64,000 bases of DNA, from positions 64,001 to 128,000 of the forward strand of contig CAXXET010000008.1 of assembly GCA_963666115.2 (NCBI GenBank). Direction: 5' to 3'. Position 1 is the stretch's first letter; the number at the start of each line of letters is the position of its first letter. The notes under the pieces were generated by a model. It saw nothing but the letters and a program-made list of their open reading frames with translations, was not told the origin of the DNA and searched no databases. Shown piece by piece: positions 20,093-29,840 of the stretch. A program made the translations under genes and the position numbers. The stretch comes from Dehalococcoidia bacterium (GTDB lineage Bacteria; Chloroflexota; Dehalococcoidia; UBA6926).

Positions 20093-20696
20093 GCTCCTTG
20101 TAAACCCAACTTTCGCGCAGTCTGCGGATACCGTCTTTGTGCAGTGTGGCGGTTCGCGTTCCCAATTCGCTCCGGGCGTTGCGCCGAAAATCATCCACGG
20201 TTACCTGGCCGAGATAGACCTCTGTGAACGTGAGCGGCGTGCGATCACGCGCGGGCTCAGTCGTGTTGTCCACGGTATGCACGAATACGCACAGCCACTG
20301 GTCACGCGCACCGTGCGTGTCGACGGCCCCGCCCGCCTTCCTCGTTGACTTTACCTCCACGCCCTGCTCCCCGGACTGGACGGCATTGTTGGGGTAGACA
20401 CCCTGCACGACCAGGTCAGGATGGCCGTTGTGGAACCGGTTTGCGGTAAGCGTGCGGGCGTGCGTGGCCAGTGAAGCTGTCAGCATGTCTGAGAGCAAGC
20501 CGGACAGGGCGGCGGGCCGCAGCATATCGTCCAGCCGCTCCAGGCCCCGCTCAATCAGGCGTGAGTTCACGTCGAAGAAGAAGTCATAGACATCCTGCAT
20601 GGCGAGCTGGAAATCCTCTACTCGCAGCCCGTACGGCAGGGGCAGAGCTTGGTTGAAATTCGCAGTGCGGACTTCGTTGCGTGGAGTTTGAGTCAC
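20079..20696 (-). CDS. Putative type II restriction endonuclease
   Basis: GHPDLV...GVEVKST PD-(D/E)xK motif; convergent with and overlapping the MTase. Confidence 0.75.
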   Translation of the reverse strand: MTQTPRNEVRTANFNQALPLPYGLRVEDFQLAMQDVYDFFFDVNSRLIERGLERLDDMLRPAALSGLLSDMLTASLATHARTLTANRFHNGHPDLVVQGVYPNNAVQSGEQGVEVKSTRKAGGAVDTHGARDQWLCVFVHTVDNTTEPARDRTPLTFTEVYLGQVTVDDFRRNARSELGTRTATLHKDGIRRLRESWVYKEPNPA

Positions 20697-20713
20697 TTGA
20701 CTAGGTGCCCTCC

Positions 20714-21553
20714 CTACTCACTCTGAGGTCCCCCCTCCAGCATCCGCCACCACCCCGCCAGATCCGCCGCCGCCTGCAGCAGCTGCCCCGGCCGACGTAT
20801 CCCGTCCTCCGTGATCACGTGATCCACGTATTCCGGCGGGATGATGTCCAGTTCAGGGGATGATGCGCCGTCGCGTGACGCCGGCAGCCATGGCGCCAGC
20901 TTGAGTGTGTCCGCGAAGAAATGGACGGGCACGGGCGAGTCGCGCCGCGCAGCCGCCTCCACCAGCGCAAGCGTCCCCGCGTCCGCCGCCATCGACCCGT
21001 CCGCCAGGAACGCCGTGCAGCCGAGCAGCACGATGTCGCACCCGGCAAGCGCATCACTAATGTCGCTGTGTGAGTCCCCGCCGGCTCCGTTTGGGGAAAG
21101 TCCCCCAACCGTGCGGAGCTCCCGGATCCCGTCTCCGGCCAGCGCAATGGCCGCCCGCACACTCTCAGACCGCCCCAGCGTCGTGACCGTCGCGCCCTCC
21201 TCGATGAGCGGCTGCCCCCGCCGACCGAGCGATGCCGGCGTGTCCCCCAGCAGCCGCGCCAGCCGCGCCACGCTCCGCGCCGCCGCCGCCATCCGATCCC
21301 CGGACCGCGCCTCCCGCGCCGTCCGGTAAGCCGAAACCCCCACGTTTCGTATCGCCACAACCTCCGGGCGCGCCTCCGCAATCGTGAACGCGATCTCCCG
21401 CAGCGGCTCCGGCTCGCCGATATACATTTCCGTCAACGCGCGATGCAGCAGCCGCGCGCCCCGCGCCGCGATGCCCACCGCCGTGTCGGAGCGCTCATCA
21501 CGCAGGGCGTCCGCCTCCCGCGCCAGCTCATCCCACTCCATCGGCGCCCTCAT
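20714..21553 (-). CDS. eIF-2B alpha/beta/delta-family (R15P/MTR1P isomerase-like) protein
   Basis: IAEARPEVVAIRN, VTTLGRSESV, AGTLALV, DIIPPEYVDHVITEDG. Confidence 0.75.
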   Translation of the reverse strand: MRAPMEWDELAREADALRDERSDTAVGIAARGARLLHRALTEMYIGEPEPLREIAFTIAEARPEVVAIRNVGVSAYRTAREARSGDRMAAAARSVARLARLLGDTPASLGRRGQPLIEEGATVTTLGRSESVRAAIALAGDGIRELRTVGGLSPNGAGGDSHSDISDALAGCDIVLLGCTAFLADGSMAADAGTLALVEAAARRDSPVPVHFFADTLKLAPWLPASRDGASSPELDIIPPEYVDHVITEDGIRRPGQLLQAAADLAGWWRMLEGGPQSE

Positions 21554-22425
21554 TCCCCGTCCGCCTCGGAACGCGTCAGGATCACGTTGTCCAACAGCCG
21601 CGTCCGCCCAATACGCACGGCAGTCGATGCCATCGCCCCGTCCGCTGCATCGCCCTCGACCTCTTGGAGCGTCAGCGCGTCCGCCACGGAAACGTAGTCG
21701 ATAGACGCGATGAGCGGCTCCGCATCCAGCGTGGAGCGCATCGCCTCACGGAGCGCGTCCGCCCGCGCCTCACCCTCGCGATAGAGGTCCAATGCCGCCG
21801 TCAACGCGCGGTACACAACCGGCGCGGCCTGCCGCTCCTCCACTGTCAGATACGTATTGCGGCTGGACATGGCGAGGCCGTCCGGCTCCCGCACCGTTGG
21901 CGCGACGACAATCTCCCCCGGCACGTTCAGATCGCGAACCATGCGCCGCACGACGGCGACCTGTTGCCCGTCCTTCTGTCCGAAATACGAACGATCCGGC
22001 TGCACGATATTGAACAGCTTGAGCACCACGGTCGCCACGCCCATAAAATGCCCGGGCCGCACGGCCCCCTCCAGCCGGCTGGCAATATCCCCCGGCACGA
22101 CGTAGACGTCCTGCTCCGGCGGCGGATACATCTCTTCGGGCGTGGGATGGAAGACCAGGTCGCACCCCGCCGCGTCCAGCATCGCCAGATCTCTCTCCAG
22201 GTCGCGCGGATAAGCCGCAAAGTCCTCGTTGGGGGCGAACTGCGCCGGATTCACAAAGATCGACGCCGCGACGACGGCATTCTCCGCCCGCGCCCGCCGC
22301 ACAAGCGAGATATGCCCCTCATGCAGAAACCCCATAGTCGGCACAAACCCAAGCCCCCCCGCCAAGCGCGCGAAGCCCCGCGCACGGCGGAAGTCTTGGA
22401 CAGTTGTGATTAGCTGTAAGGCCAT
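21550..22425 (-). CDS. panC: Pantoate--beta-alanine ligase
   Basis: FVPTMGFLHEGH, FVNPAQF, RPGHF, FGQKD, GLAMSSRN. Confidence 0.97.
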   Translation of the reverse strand: MALQLITTVQDFRRARGFARLAGGLGFVPTMGFLHEGHISLVRRARAENAVVAASIFVNPAQFAPNEDFAAYPRDLERDLAMLDAAGCDLVFHPTPEEMYPPPEQDVYVVPGDIASRLEGAVRPGHFMGVATVVLKLFNIVQPDRSYFGQKDGQQVAVVRRMVRDLNVPGEIVVAPTVREPDGLAMSSRNTYLTVEERQAAPVVYRALTAALDLYREGEARADALREAMRSTLDAEPLIASIDYVSVADALTLQEVEGDAADGAMASTAVRIGRTRLLDNVILTRSEADGE

Positions 22426-22615
22426 GACATCTCAGGACATTGTACGGGCGCAAGCGTGGCATTGTCGGGGGGAAATGGTGGGGCGCGAACGGCGTCGGCC
22501 CGAAATTGTCCAGGAAACTGGGGCTAACAGCAGGGTCATCAGCGGCAATAATGGTAGTCCGCCACTGTCGGATCGTCATCGGCGGCGGCAAGTCTGAATG
22601 AAAGGAGGTGAAAGC

Positions 22616-22786
22616 ATGGTACAAAATGACGAGGCGGTGAGGCGGTCGAACCAGTTGAACCCGAACAACCGGGAATACTGGAGGTCGCGAGGGTTCAATG
22701 ACCGCCCGACGGATTGGCGGAAGCGGGCAAAGGCGCAGCAGCCCCAACCGAACCGGCAGGCCAAGACGAACAACCGGAAGAAGTAA
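22616..22786 (+). CDS. Small basic protein (56 aa)
   Basis: Strong SD AAAGGAGGTG; RSNQLNPNNREYWRSRG...RPTDW; followed by a GC stem-loop at about 22796-22830. Confidence 0.7.
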   Translation: MVQNDEAVRRSNQLNPNNREYWRSRGFNDRPTDWRKRAKAQQPQPNRQAKTNNRKK

Positions 22787-22857
22787 GGAACGGACGGGAG
22801 TGCCGGCGGCCCTGGGCGACTGGCGCTCCCGCAATGCAGGCGTGATTGCGAGGGGCA

Positions 22858-24507
22858 ATGACTGAACCGCTGAATTCTGGGTTGGGAATCCATGGGCGGC
22901 AACTGCTTGGCCAGGCTGTCAGGCTCTTGCGGCTGGATCACGATGACCTCAAGTCAAGGACCGCGCGGCGCTTCTTTTCGGGAGCCGAAGTCAATACGTT
23001 CGATCACAACCAGATTATGTCTGCCGTCGCCGAGTCCCTTCTACGCAGCGGTATCTTGCCAGAATCCATCGTTACCTATCCAAGGATCACCCATACCGAC
23101 ATCTTGAAGGTCGCCATCGAGCATTGGGTCAACCGATGGGATCAGATGATTGCGTTTCTCCAGAACGAAACGGGAGGCAGCGAGCATCCGGCTGTGATTG
23201 TAGAAGGAATCGTTCGCCTGCAGATCATCGACCTCTCCCTGCGCGTCTTTTCAGCCTTGCGTCTTGGCGGAACTGAAATTGGCGCCCAAAAGAAGATGCC
23301 GTGGGCGCGCAAGGACGGGACAAAGAGGATTTTGCGTGCGCTGGTACGCGACGCCGGAATCACCCGCGACCAGTTGGCTCGGGAAGTGGCAGTATCTGAA
23401 ACGACAGTCGACAATTGGCTGGATGGCAAAGCCCTACCGTCTGCCCAGAACGCCAAGGTGATTGCCGGGGAGATAGGGCGTCGACATCCGAAATGGAACT
23501 TGCATGAGATCGAAAACGACCTGCGGTTAGCCCGCCTGTTTTCGGAGATGGGCAAGCGATTGGAATTTCTGGTTGATTCGAGCAAATTCGAGTCATTTGC
23601 TGATGCGCTGGTTCGGTTCGTGTATCGGCTAAACATGGATGTGCGACGCTCGGGCAGGCCGCCAATCCAGGAAGTCTCAGGCTTGGAGGCACAGACCCTC
23701 GTCTATGGAGTCGAATGCCCGCAAATCCATTCGCTATTGGAGAATCTGGCCCGCAAGGAGCGCGATCCTGAATGGAAGCGCTATATTCGTGCGGCGAACC
23801 AGAACTGGCGCTTCGCCCTGCAAGCCCTCTCAGCACAGGCGGCAGGCGACCAAATGGCAGCAGGTTTGGCTCAAGAGCCGCCACAGTCTGAATCCGATCC
23901 GCCGCCCGACAGGCTCAAAGATCTGATTCCCAAGTCATTGGCCCGACTGCCCGTCAGTTCAGATTTACGTGAGATGATTCTCGACATCGCAAGGGCGGCG
24001 GACTCACGACGGGCCCTGGTAAAGGACTACCCATTGAGCGCCAGGGCGCACATGGCATTGGGGTCTTTCCTGGGCATGATGGCCAAGCACCGCCAGAACC
24101 GGCAGATGCTTGAAGAGGGTATCGCTGAATGCCACATCGCAGCGGAATTAGCGCCTGGCTGGGATAATCCGGCCGTGGAACCGGGGATAATCCTCGCGAA
24201 TGTTGGGGAGTTCAATCGGGCGCTGGAGGAACTGGATGAGGCTGAGAGCCGCTTGGGCGCGCCGACTCCTCACCTGAATCATGTTAGGGGCTACGTGCTC
24301 ATGGAGCTTGGCCGTCATGGACAAGCGCTAGAGAATTTTGAAAGCGCCATTGAGTCCGCCCCGGAGTTTGCGCGAGCGTATCTCTACGGCGCTCGCTGTG
24401 CATTTGCCGTGGGGGACAAGCGCGCGGGTATTCGCTACGCGAAAGCCGCCCGTAGGTTTGGAGAACCGGGCGAGTACATCGCATGGAAGCTAGGCAAATA
24501 TCGCTAG
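22858..24507 (+). CDS. XRE-HTH plus C-terminal TPR protein
   Basis: GITRDQLAREVAVSETTVDNWLDGKALP HTH; TPR-like RGYVLMELGRHGQALENFESAIESAPE. Confidence 0.8.
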   Translation: MTEPLNSGLGIHGRQLLGQAVRLLRLDHDDLKSRTARRFFSGAEVNTFDHNQIMSAVAESLLRSGILPESIVTYPRITHTDILKVAIEHWVNRWDQMIAFLQNETGGSEHPAVIVEGIVRLQIIDLSLRVFSALRLGGTEIGAQKKMPWARKDGTKRILRALVRDAGITRDQLAREVAVSETTVDNWLDGKALPSAQNAKVIAGEIGRRHPKWNLHEIENDLRLARLFSEMGKRLEFLVDSSKFESFADALVRFVYRLNMDVRRSGRPPIQEVSGLEAQTLVYGVECPQIHSLLENLARKERDPEWKRYIRAANQNWRFALQALSAQAAGDQMAAGLAQEPPQSESDPPPDRLKDLIPKSLARLPVSSDLREMILDIARAADSRRALVKDYPLSARAHMALGSFLGMMAKHRQNRQMLEEGIAECHIAAELAPGWDNPAVEPGIILANVGEFNRALEELDEAESRLGAPTPHLNHVRGYVLMELGRHGQALENFESAIESAPEFARAYLYGARCAFAVGDKRAGIRYAKAARRFGEPGEYIAWKLGKYR

Positions 24508-24518
24508 AGCCTCCCCCC

Positions 24519-25307
24519 TCACCACCCCGCCACAAAATCCAGCTCCAGCCGGATGTTGTCCTCCAGGCTCACGATGAAGAACAGATCCGGAACCTCCATC
24601 TCGAACTCCCCGAACGTGAAATTCGTCTTCGCCGTGCCTGCCACGCTGGCGCCGTCAAACGTGGCGACAGTTTCCCACGCGACGGGCCGCGTCACCTCCC
24701 GCACCGTCAGGTCCCCGTTGATCGTGAACTCCGCCTCGCCCGATGTTGGCAGCGGCCACGCGAGCCCATCGATGCTCGTGGCCACGAACACGATCTCCGG
24801 ATAGGTCGCCGTTTCGATGGCGTTGCGTCGCAGATAGCGGTCGCGATTCTCCTCGTCGCTCTTCAGGCTCGCCGCGTTCAGCACGATGCGCGAACCCTCC
24901 GGCACAATCTTCCCGTCCGCCGCAAACGTGAACGCCCCCGTCACCTCCGTCGTCTCGCCGATAGCGTCAAAAGGCAGCTCGACGTTCGCCAACTCCTCAC
25001 GAATCAGGTAACGTGCTGCGGTCCCCTCCTCGAGCGTCGCGGTGAGACCCTCAGCGGGCACCTCGTCATCCACGGCGCCCCCGCTCGCTGGAGTGGCCGC
25101 ATCATCCTCAGTCACCATAGTCGGCATGGCGGTCGGCGGGGCAGCCGTGGGAATTGCAGTCGCCGTGGCCGTCGGGCTGGCGGCGGCCTCGTCGCCGTCG
25201 TCATCCGACTCGCTGCCCGTGCCGCACGCGGCAGCCAACACGGCCACCATCAGAGCCGCCGCAATCACCACCAATAGCCGCGCTGAAACGATGCCGTGCC
25301 TGTCCAT
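24519..25307 (-). CDS. YceI-family lipoprotein
   Basis: Lipobox LAAAC, Thr/Pro linker, SLKSDEENRD, GDLTVREVTRPV. Confidence 0.88.
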   Translation of the reverse strand: MDRHGIVSARLLVVIAAALMVAVLAAACGTGSESDDDGDEAAASPTATATAIPTAAPPTAMPTMVTEDDAATPASGGAVDDEVPAEGLTATLEEGTAARYLIREELANVELPFDAIGETTEVTGAFTFAADGKIVPEGSRIVLNAASLKSDEENRDRYLRRNAIETATYPEIVFVATSIDGLAWPLPTSGEAEFTINGDLTVREVTRPVAWETVATFDGASVAGTAKTNFTFGEFEMEVPDLFFIVSLEDNIRLELDFVAGW

Positions 25308-25437
25308 GGAGATACCTGTTCCTTGTGTCCTGGGCGTGGGTGTCAAACACAAGCATACGGGCGAGGAACGCCCCGCGCACGCCCTGATTTGCATGAGGCG
25401 CAATCCTCTGGCAACTGCGCGGTAGAATTAACGGACG

Positions 25438-26397
25438 ATGACACCCACCGAAGTGCCGGCGCGCCGCCATTTCCTGTCCCTTGCCGACCTCTCCCGGGAG
25501 GAGGTCGGCGCCGTGCTTGACGCCGCCGTCGCCATCCGCGCCGGGGAGCTAAGCCCGGACCTCACAGGGCGCAGCCTCGTCCTGCTGCTGGAAAAGCCGT
25601 CCCTCCGCACCCGCGTCAGCTTTGAATTGGGGATGCGCAAGATGGGCGGCCACAGCCTCAGCATGTTGCCGCAGGAAGTCGGGCTTGGCGGACGCGAGCC
25701 GCCGGAGGACGTCGCGCGCGTCCTCAGCCGCTACGCGGACGTCATCGCCGCCCGCGTCAACGACCACCAAACGCTCACCGAACTGGCTAACGCCGCCGAT
25801 GTCCCCGTCATCAACGCCCTCTCCGACGTCGAGCATCCCTGCCAAACGCTCGCTGATCTCCAGACGATCCGCGAGCATCTGGGCGGCCTGGAGGGCGTCA
25901 CGGTCGCGTTCATCGGCGACGGCAACAACGTGTCCGCAGGCCTCGCCATCGGCTGCGCCCTCGTTGGCGCAAAGTTCCGCATCGCGTCGCCGTCCGGCTA
26001 TGAACTGCCGCAGGATGTCGTGGCGCAGGCCAACGGACTCGCAGGGCAGGAGGGACGCGGCCCACAACTGCTGTTCAGCCCGCAGGACGCCGCTGAGGGC
26101 GCGGACGTCGTCTACACGGACGTGTGGGCCAGCATGGGACAGGAGGCGGAGCGTGAGCAGCGCGCCCGTGATTTCCAGGGCTACCAGGTATCCCCGCAGC
26201 TCATGGAGCTTGCCAATCCGGATGCCGTCTTCATGCACGATCTCCCCGCGCATGAGGACGAAGAAATTTCTGAGGGAATGCTCACCCATCCCCAGTCCAT
26301 CGTCTTTGACCAGGCCGAGAACCGGATGCACGCGCAGGCTGCCCTCATGGCGTTCCTGCTCGGCGCGCTCCCGCCCGCCCGCCAGGAAACCGCATGA
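25438..26397 (+). CDS. argF: Ornithine carbamoyltransferase
   Basis: KPSLRTRVSFE, HPCQTLAD, GDGNNV, YTDVWASMG, MHDLPAH. Confidence 0.95.
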   Translation: MTPTEVPARRHFLSLADLSREEVGAVLDAAVAIRAGELSPDLTGRSLVLLLEKPSLRTRVSFELGMRKMGGHSLSMLPQEVGLGGREPPEDVARVLSRYADVIAARVNDHQTLTELANAADVPVINALSDVEHPCQTLADLQTIREHLGGLEGVTVAFIGDGNNVSAGLAIGCALVGAKFRIASPSGYELPQDVVAQANGLAGQEGRGPQLLFSPQDAAEGADVVYTDVWASMGQEAEREQRARDFQGYQVSPQLMELANPDAVFMHDLPAHEDEEISEGMLTHPQSIVFDQAENRMHAQAALMAFLLGALPPARQETA

Positions 26398-27767
26398 CCG
26401 CCCTTGTTGAAACACGCACCGGAGTGCCGAGCGGCCTCCCCACTGTCGCCATCGTTGGCCGCCCCAACGTCGGCAAATCCTCCCTCTTCAACCGCATGGT
26501 CGCCGAGCGCATCGCAATCGTTGCCGATGAGCCGGGCACCACCCGCGACCGCGTCACCGCCTACGTCACCCGTGACGACCGTACCCTTGCCCTGATCGAC
26601 ACCGGCGGCCTCATCCTCGGAGAAGAGGAGGGCATGATCGGCGCGATCCGCGACCAGGTTGCCGTCGCCCTCAGCGAGGCGGATGTCCTCTGCTTCGTCG
26701 TCGACGTGAACGCCGGCCTCCTGCCCGCCGACGAAGAGGTCGCCGACCTCCTCCGCCGCGTCTCCAAACCCGTCGTGCTGATTGCCAACAAGGCGGACAA
26801 CATCCAACGCGAGCGGCTCGCTGCAGAGTTCTACGAACTTGGCATTGGAGACCCCATTATCGTCAGCGCCCACCACGGGCGCGGCGTGAATGAGTTGTGG
26901 GACGGCATCATGGCTGCCCTGCCGGACGTGGAAGCGCCGCCCCCGGCCCCGCAGGGCTCGATACCCGTCGCCATCGTGGGCCGCCCCAACGTTGGCAAAT
27001 CATCGCTCGTCAACGCCATCCTCGGCCAGGAGCGCGCCATGGTGCGCGATGAGCCGGGCACCACCCGCGATGCCGTCGATACCCTCTTCGAATACGAGAA
27101 CCGCAAGTATCTGCTGATCGATACCGCCGGCATCCGCCGCCGCGGCCACATCGAGCGTGGCGTGGAGCGATTCAGCGTCGCCCGCGCCATGCAGGCCATC
27201 GAGCGCGCGGACGTTGCCGTGCTGGTCGTCGATGCCACCGAGTACCTGACTGCCCAGGACCTCCACGTCGCCGGTTTTGTGCAGCAGGCCCACAAGGGAC
27301 TCGCGCTCGTGATCAACAAGTGGGACCTCGCGCAGGAGGACGAAATCGACCGCCAGGAGGTCGAAATGCTCGTCCGCGCCCGCCTGAAATTCTTCCCGTC
27401 AATGCCCATCCTGTTCACCTCCGCGCTGCGTGGGCGCGGCGTCCGCGCCGTTCTGGACGTGGTCGCCCGCATCCAGATGGAGCGCATGACCCGCGTCACC
27501 ACCGCGCAGGTGAACAGGGCATTGCTCGACGCCCTGGCAGACCATCAGCCGCCGTCGTCGGGCCGCAGGCGGTTGCAGATCTACTACGCGACGCAAGCGG
27601 AGGTGAACCCCCCCACGTTCGTCTTCTTCTGCAACGATCCGTCGCTCATCCACTTCTCCTACCGCCGCTATCTTGAAAACGTCTTGCGCCGCAAGTTCGG
27701 CTTTGAAGGCACCGCCATCCGCCTGATCTTCCGCGGCCGCGATGCGAACCGGGATGAACCCGATTAG
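26394..27767 (+). CDS. der: Ribosome biogenesis GTPase Der
   Basis: Two GRPNVGKSSL P-loops, GTTRD twice. Confidence 0.97.
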   Translation: MTALVETRTGVPSGLPTVAIVGRPNVGKSSLFNRMVAERIAIVADEPGTTRDRVTAYVTRDDRTLALIDTGGLILGEEEGMIGAIRDQVAVALSEADVLCFVVDVNAGLLPADEEVADLLRRVSKPVVLIANKADNIQRERLAAEFYELGIGDPIIVSAHHGRGVNELWDGIMAALPDVEAPPPAPQGSIPVAIVGRPNVGKSSLVNAILGQERAMVRDEPGTTRDAVDTLFEYENRKYLLIDTAGIRRRGHIERGVERFSVARAMQAIERADVAVLVVDATEYLTAQDLHVAGFVQQAHKGLALVINKWDLAQEDEIDRQEVEMLVRARLKFFPSMPILFTSALRGRGVRAVLDVVARIQMERMTRVTTAQVNRALLDALADHQPPSSGRRRLQIYYATQAEVNPPTFVFFCNDPSLIHFSYRRYLENVLRRKFGFEGTAIRLIFRGRDANRDEPD

Positions 27768-27795
27768 GGCGGCGCGTTTGCTAAGGGAGTTGGCA

Positions 27796-28467
27796 ATGCC
27801 GGAATTGCTGGAATCGATCACATTCGCGGAGATCGCCCTCACCATCGCCGCCGCCCTCGGCAGCTACCTGCTCGGTGCGATCCCGATTGGCCTGCTCGTC
27901 GGCAAGCTCTTCGGCGGCGTCGACGTCCGCCAGTCCGGCAGCGGTCGCACTGGCGCAACCAACGTCCTCCGCACGCTCGGCTGGAAGGCAACCGTCCCGG
28001 TCGTCCTGCTTGACCTGTTCAAGGGATCGGCTGCCGTTCTCGCCGGCGGCGCGATTGCCGGGGTGCCCGGAGAAGTCGCCGCCGCAGTCGCCGTCGTCCT
28101 GGGCCATAGCTGGTCGGTATTCATCGGGTTTGGCGGGGGGCGCGGCGTGATACCGGCGGGCGGCGCCGCGCTCGCCCTCGTCTGGCCCGCCGCCATCATC
28201 GGCACAATCGTCGGCATCCTCGTCATTGCTCTCACGCGCTACGTCTCGCTCGGCTCTCTGCTCGGCACCGTCACGTGCGTCGGCATCATGGCCGCGTTCG
28301 CGATCATGGGCCTCGCGCCGCCGTTCTTCGATGCCGTGCCCCTCGTCGTCGCCCCCCTGGCCGTCGCCGGCGGCGCGATGATCGTCTACGCCCACCGCGA
28401 CAACATCAAGCGCCTGCTAACCGGCGCCGAACGCCGCTTCGGCCAACCCGCCGAACCGCCGCCCTGA
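27796..28467 (+). CDS. plsY: Glycerol-3-phosphate acyltransferase
   Basis: YLLGAIP, GSGRTGATNVLR, GHSWSVF, AHRDNIKRLL. Confidence 0.95.
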   Translation: MPELLESITFAEIALTIAAALGSYLLGAIPIGLLVGKLFGGVDVRQSGSGRTGATNVLRTLGWKATVPVVLLDLFKGSAAVLAGGAIAGVPGEVAAAVAVVLGHSWSVFIGFGGGRGVIPAGGAALALVWPAAIIGTIVGILVIALTRYVSLGSLLGTVTCVGIMAAFAIMGLAPPFFDAVPLVVAPLAVAGGAMIVYAHRDNIKRLLTGAERRFGQPAEPPP

Positions 28468-28582
28468 CCGCCCGCTCCCCATCGGGAGGAGCGCGACACA
28501 GGCGTTGACATTGTCCAAACCTTTGTCCACAATGAACTTGCGATAAAGCAGTCTATGGCGTAGCGCGCGGAACATGAACCCC

Positions 28583-28607
28583 GTGACACTGTCATTGACA
28601 GTGTCAC
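28583..28607. promoter_or_regulatory. Perfect 12-bp inverted repeat containing TTGACA, candidate operator of the fic gene
   Basis: gtgacactgtca-t-tgacagtgtcac. Confidence 0.7.
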
Positions 28608-28645
28608 AACGATGAACCTTTGTTACCCATGCCAGGAGGTACTCA

Positions 28646-29806
28646 GTGTTTCAGTGGCCCATCAATTTTGGCCTGGAAGTACAGGACGCCCCGGACATCA
28701 TCAGGATGACCGAGGCTGCCCACGTCATCGCCGCCGCGATTGCCGGGGTTCCGCTAACCCCGGAGACGCAAGAGCGGCTGCACAGGCTGAACATCATGCG
28801 CGCCGTGCGGGGCACGACAGGCATCGAGGGAATCGAGCTGACAGACGAAGAAGTCGATGAGATCATTGCCTCTCCTCAAGGCGAGCCCGTCTTGCCGCGC
28901 ATACGGGTTCGCGAAGAGATGGAGGCGCGCGCCGCGCACAATCTCTTCATGCGCGTTGAGGACATTCTATGGGATGACATAGACACACAGCTGACGGAAA
29001 GCCTGGTCTGTGAATTTCACGAGATTCTAACGCGTGACGCTGATTATCAGGGGAATACTCCCGGGCAATATCGAAAGCACCGGGTCTACGTGGGCAGGTA
29101 TGAGCCGCCCGATTCTGCTGACGTGCCGGAACTCATGGCCCGGTATATCGAATGGCTGAACCAGGGGGCCGGCGCCCAGATGGATCCTGTGGCGCGGGCC
29201 GTCGTCGCCCATTTCCTGCTGGTAAGCATCCACCCGTTCGGCGATGGCAACGGCCGACTCTCCCGCGGCGTTGAGAGTTTCTTGCTGTACAAGGCCGGCA
29301 TCAACGTTCGCGGGTTCTATTCCCTGTCGAATTACTACTATCGCGAGCGCGATGCGTACTTCAATGCGCTAAACACCGTGCGTTTCCGTTCGGACCCCGA
29401 TGCCACGCCGTTCGTCCGATTCGCCCTGGAGGGCCTGCGACAAGAGCTTGAGGATGTCCACCAATATGTGATCGACGAGACACGGATGATCGCCTTCCAC
29501 GACTACTCCAGGGAACAGATTGCCCGCGGTGGCCGTCTTGGCAGCCCAGCCGGTCGCCGTCAATTGGAGTTTGTGCTCATTCTCAGGGCAGAGCCGGTCG
29601 CCGCCGCCGACATTCGCTCAGGCAGGCACATTCTCTCCGGGCTCTACCGGCGTGTCGCTGACAGAACGCTCTACCGCGACATCAACGCCCTGCAGAACCT
29701 GGGGCTCGTCACCTACCAGGACGGCATCGTCCGCGCCAACATCGGGGTCATCGACCAATACACGGCGGGCCGGCGACACCCTGCCTCCCCCTCCCCCAAT
29801 GTGTGA
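28646..29806 (+). CDS. Fic-domain protein with C-terminal HTH
   Basis: HPFGDGNGRLSR; inhibitory motif TTGIEG; DRTLYRDINALQNLGLV; SD GGAGGT. Confidence 0.92.
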   Translation: MFQWPINFGLEVQDAPDIIRMTEAAHVIAAAIAGVPLTPETQERLHRLNIMRAVRGTTGIEGIELTDEEVDEIIASPQGEPVLPRIRVREEMEARAAHNLFMRVEDILWDDIDTQLTESLVCEFHEILTRDADYQGNTPGQYRKHRVYVGRYEPPDSADVPELMARYIEWLNQGAGAQMDPVARAVVAHFLLVSIHPFGDGNGRLSRGVESFLLYKAGINVRGFYSLSNYYYRERDAYFNALNTVRFRSDPDATPFVRFALEGLRQELEDVHQYVIDETRMIAFHDYSREQIARGGRLGSPAGRRQLEFVLILRAEPVAAADIRSGRHILSGLYRRVADRTLYRDINALQNLGLVTYQDGIVRANIGVIDQYTAGRRHPASPSPNV

Positions 29807-29840
29807 CAATTAACGGGAATCACGCGGCAGGAGGTCTCAC

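Noticed and set aside
14254-21553. Rubisco / nucleoside-salvage module (CbbQO plus R15P isomerase-like)
   Set aside because: No Rubisco gene, isomerase catalytic residues appear absent, genes on opposite strands and separated by an RM cassette
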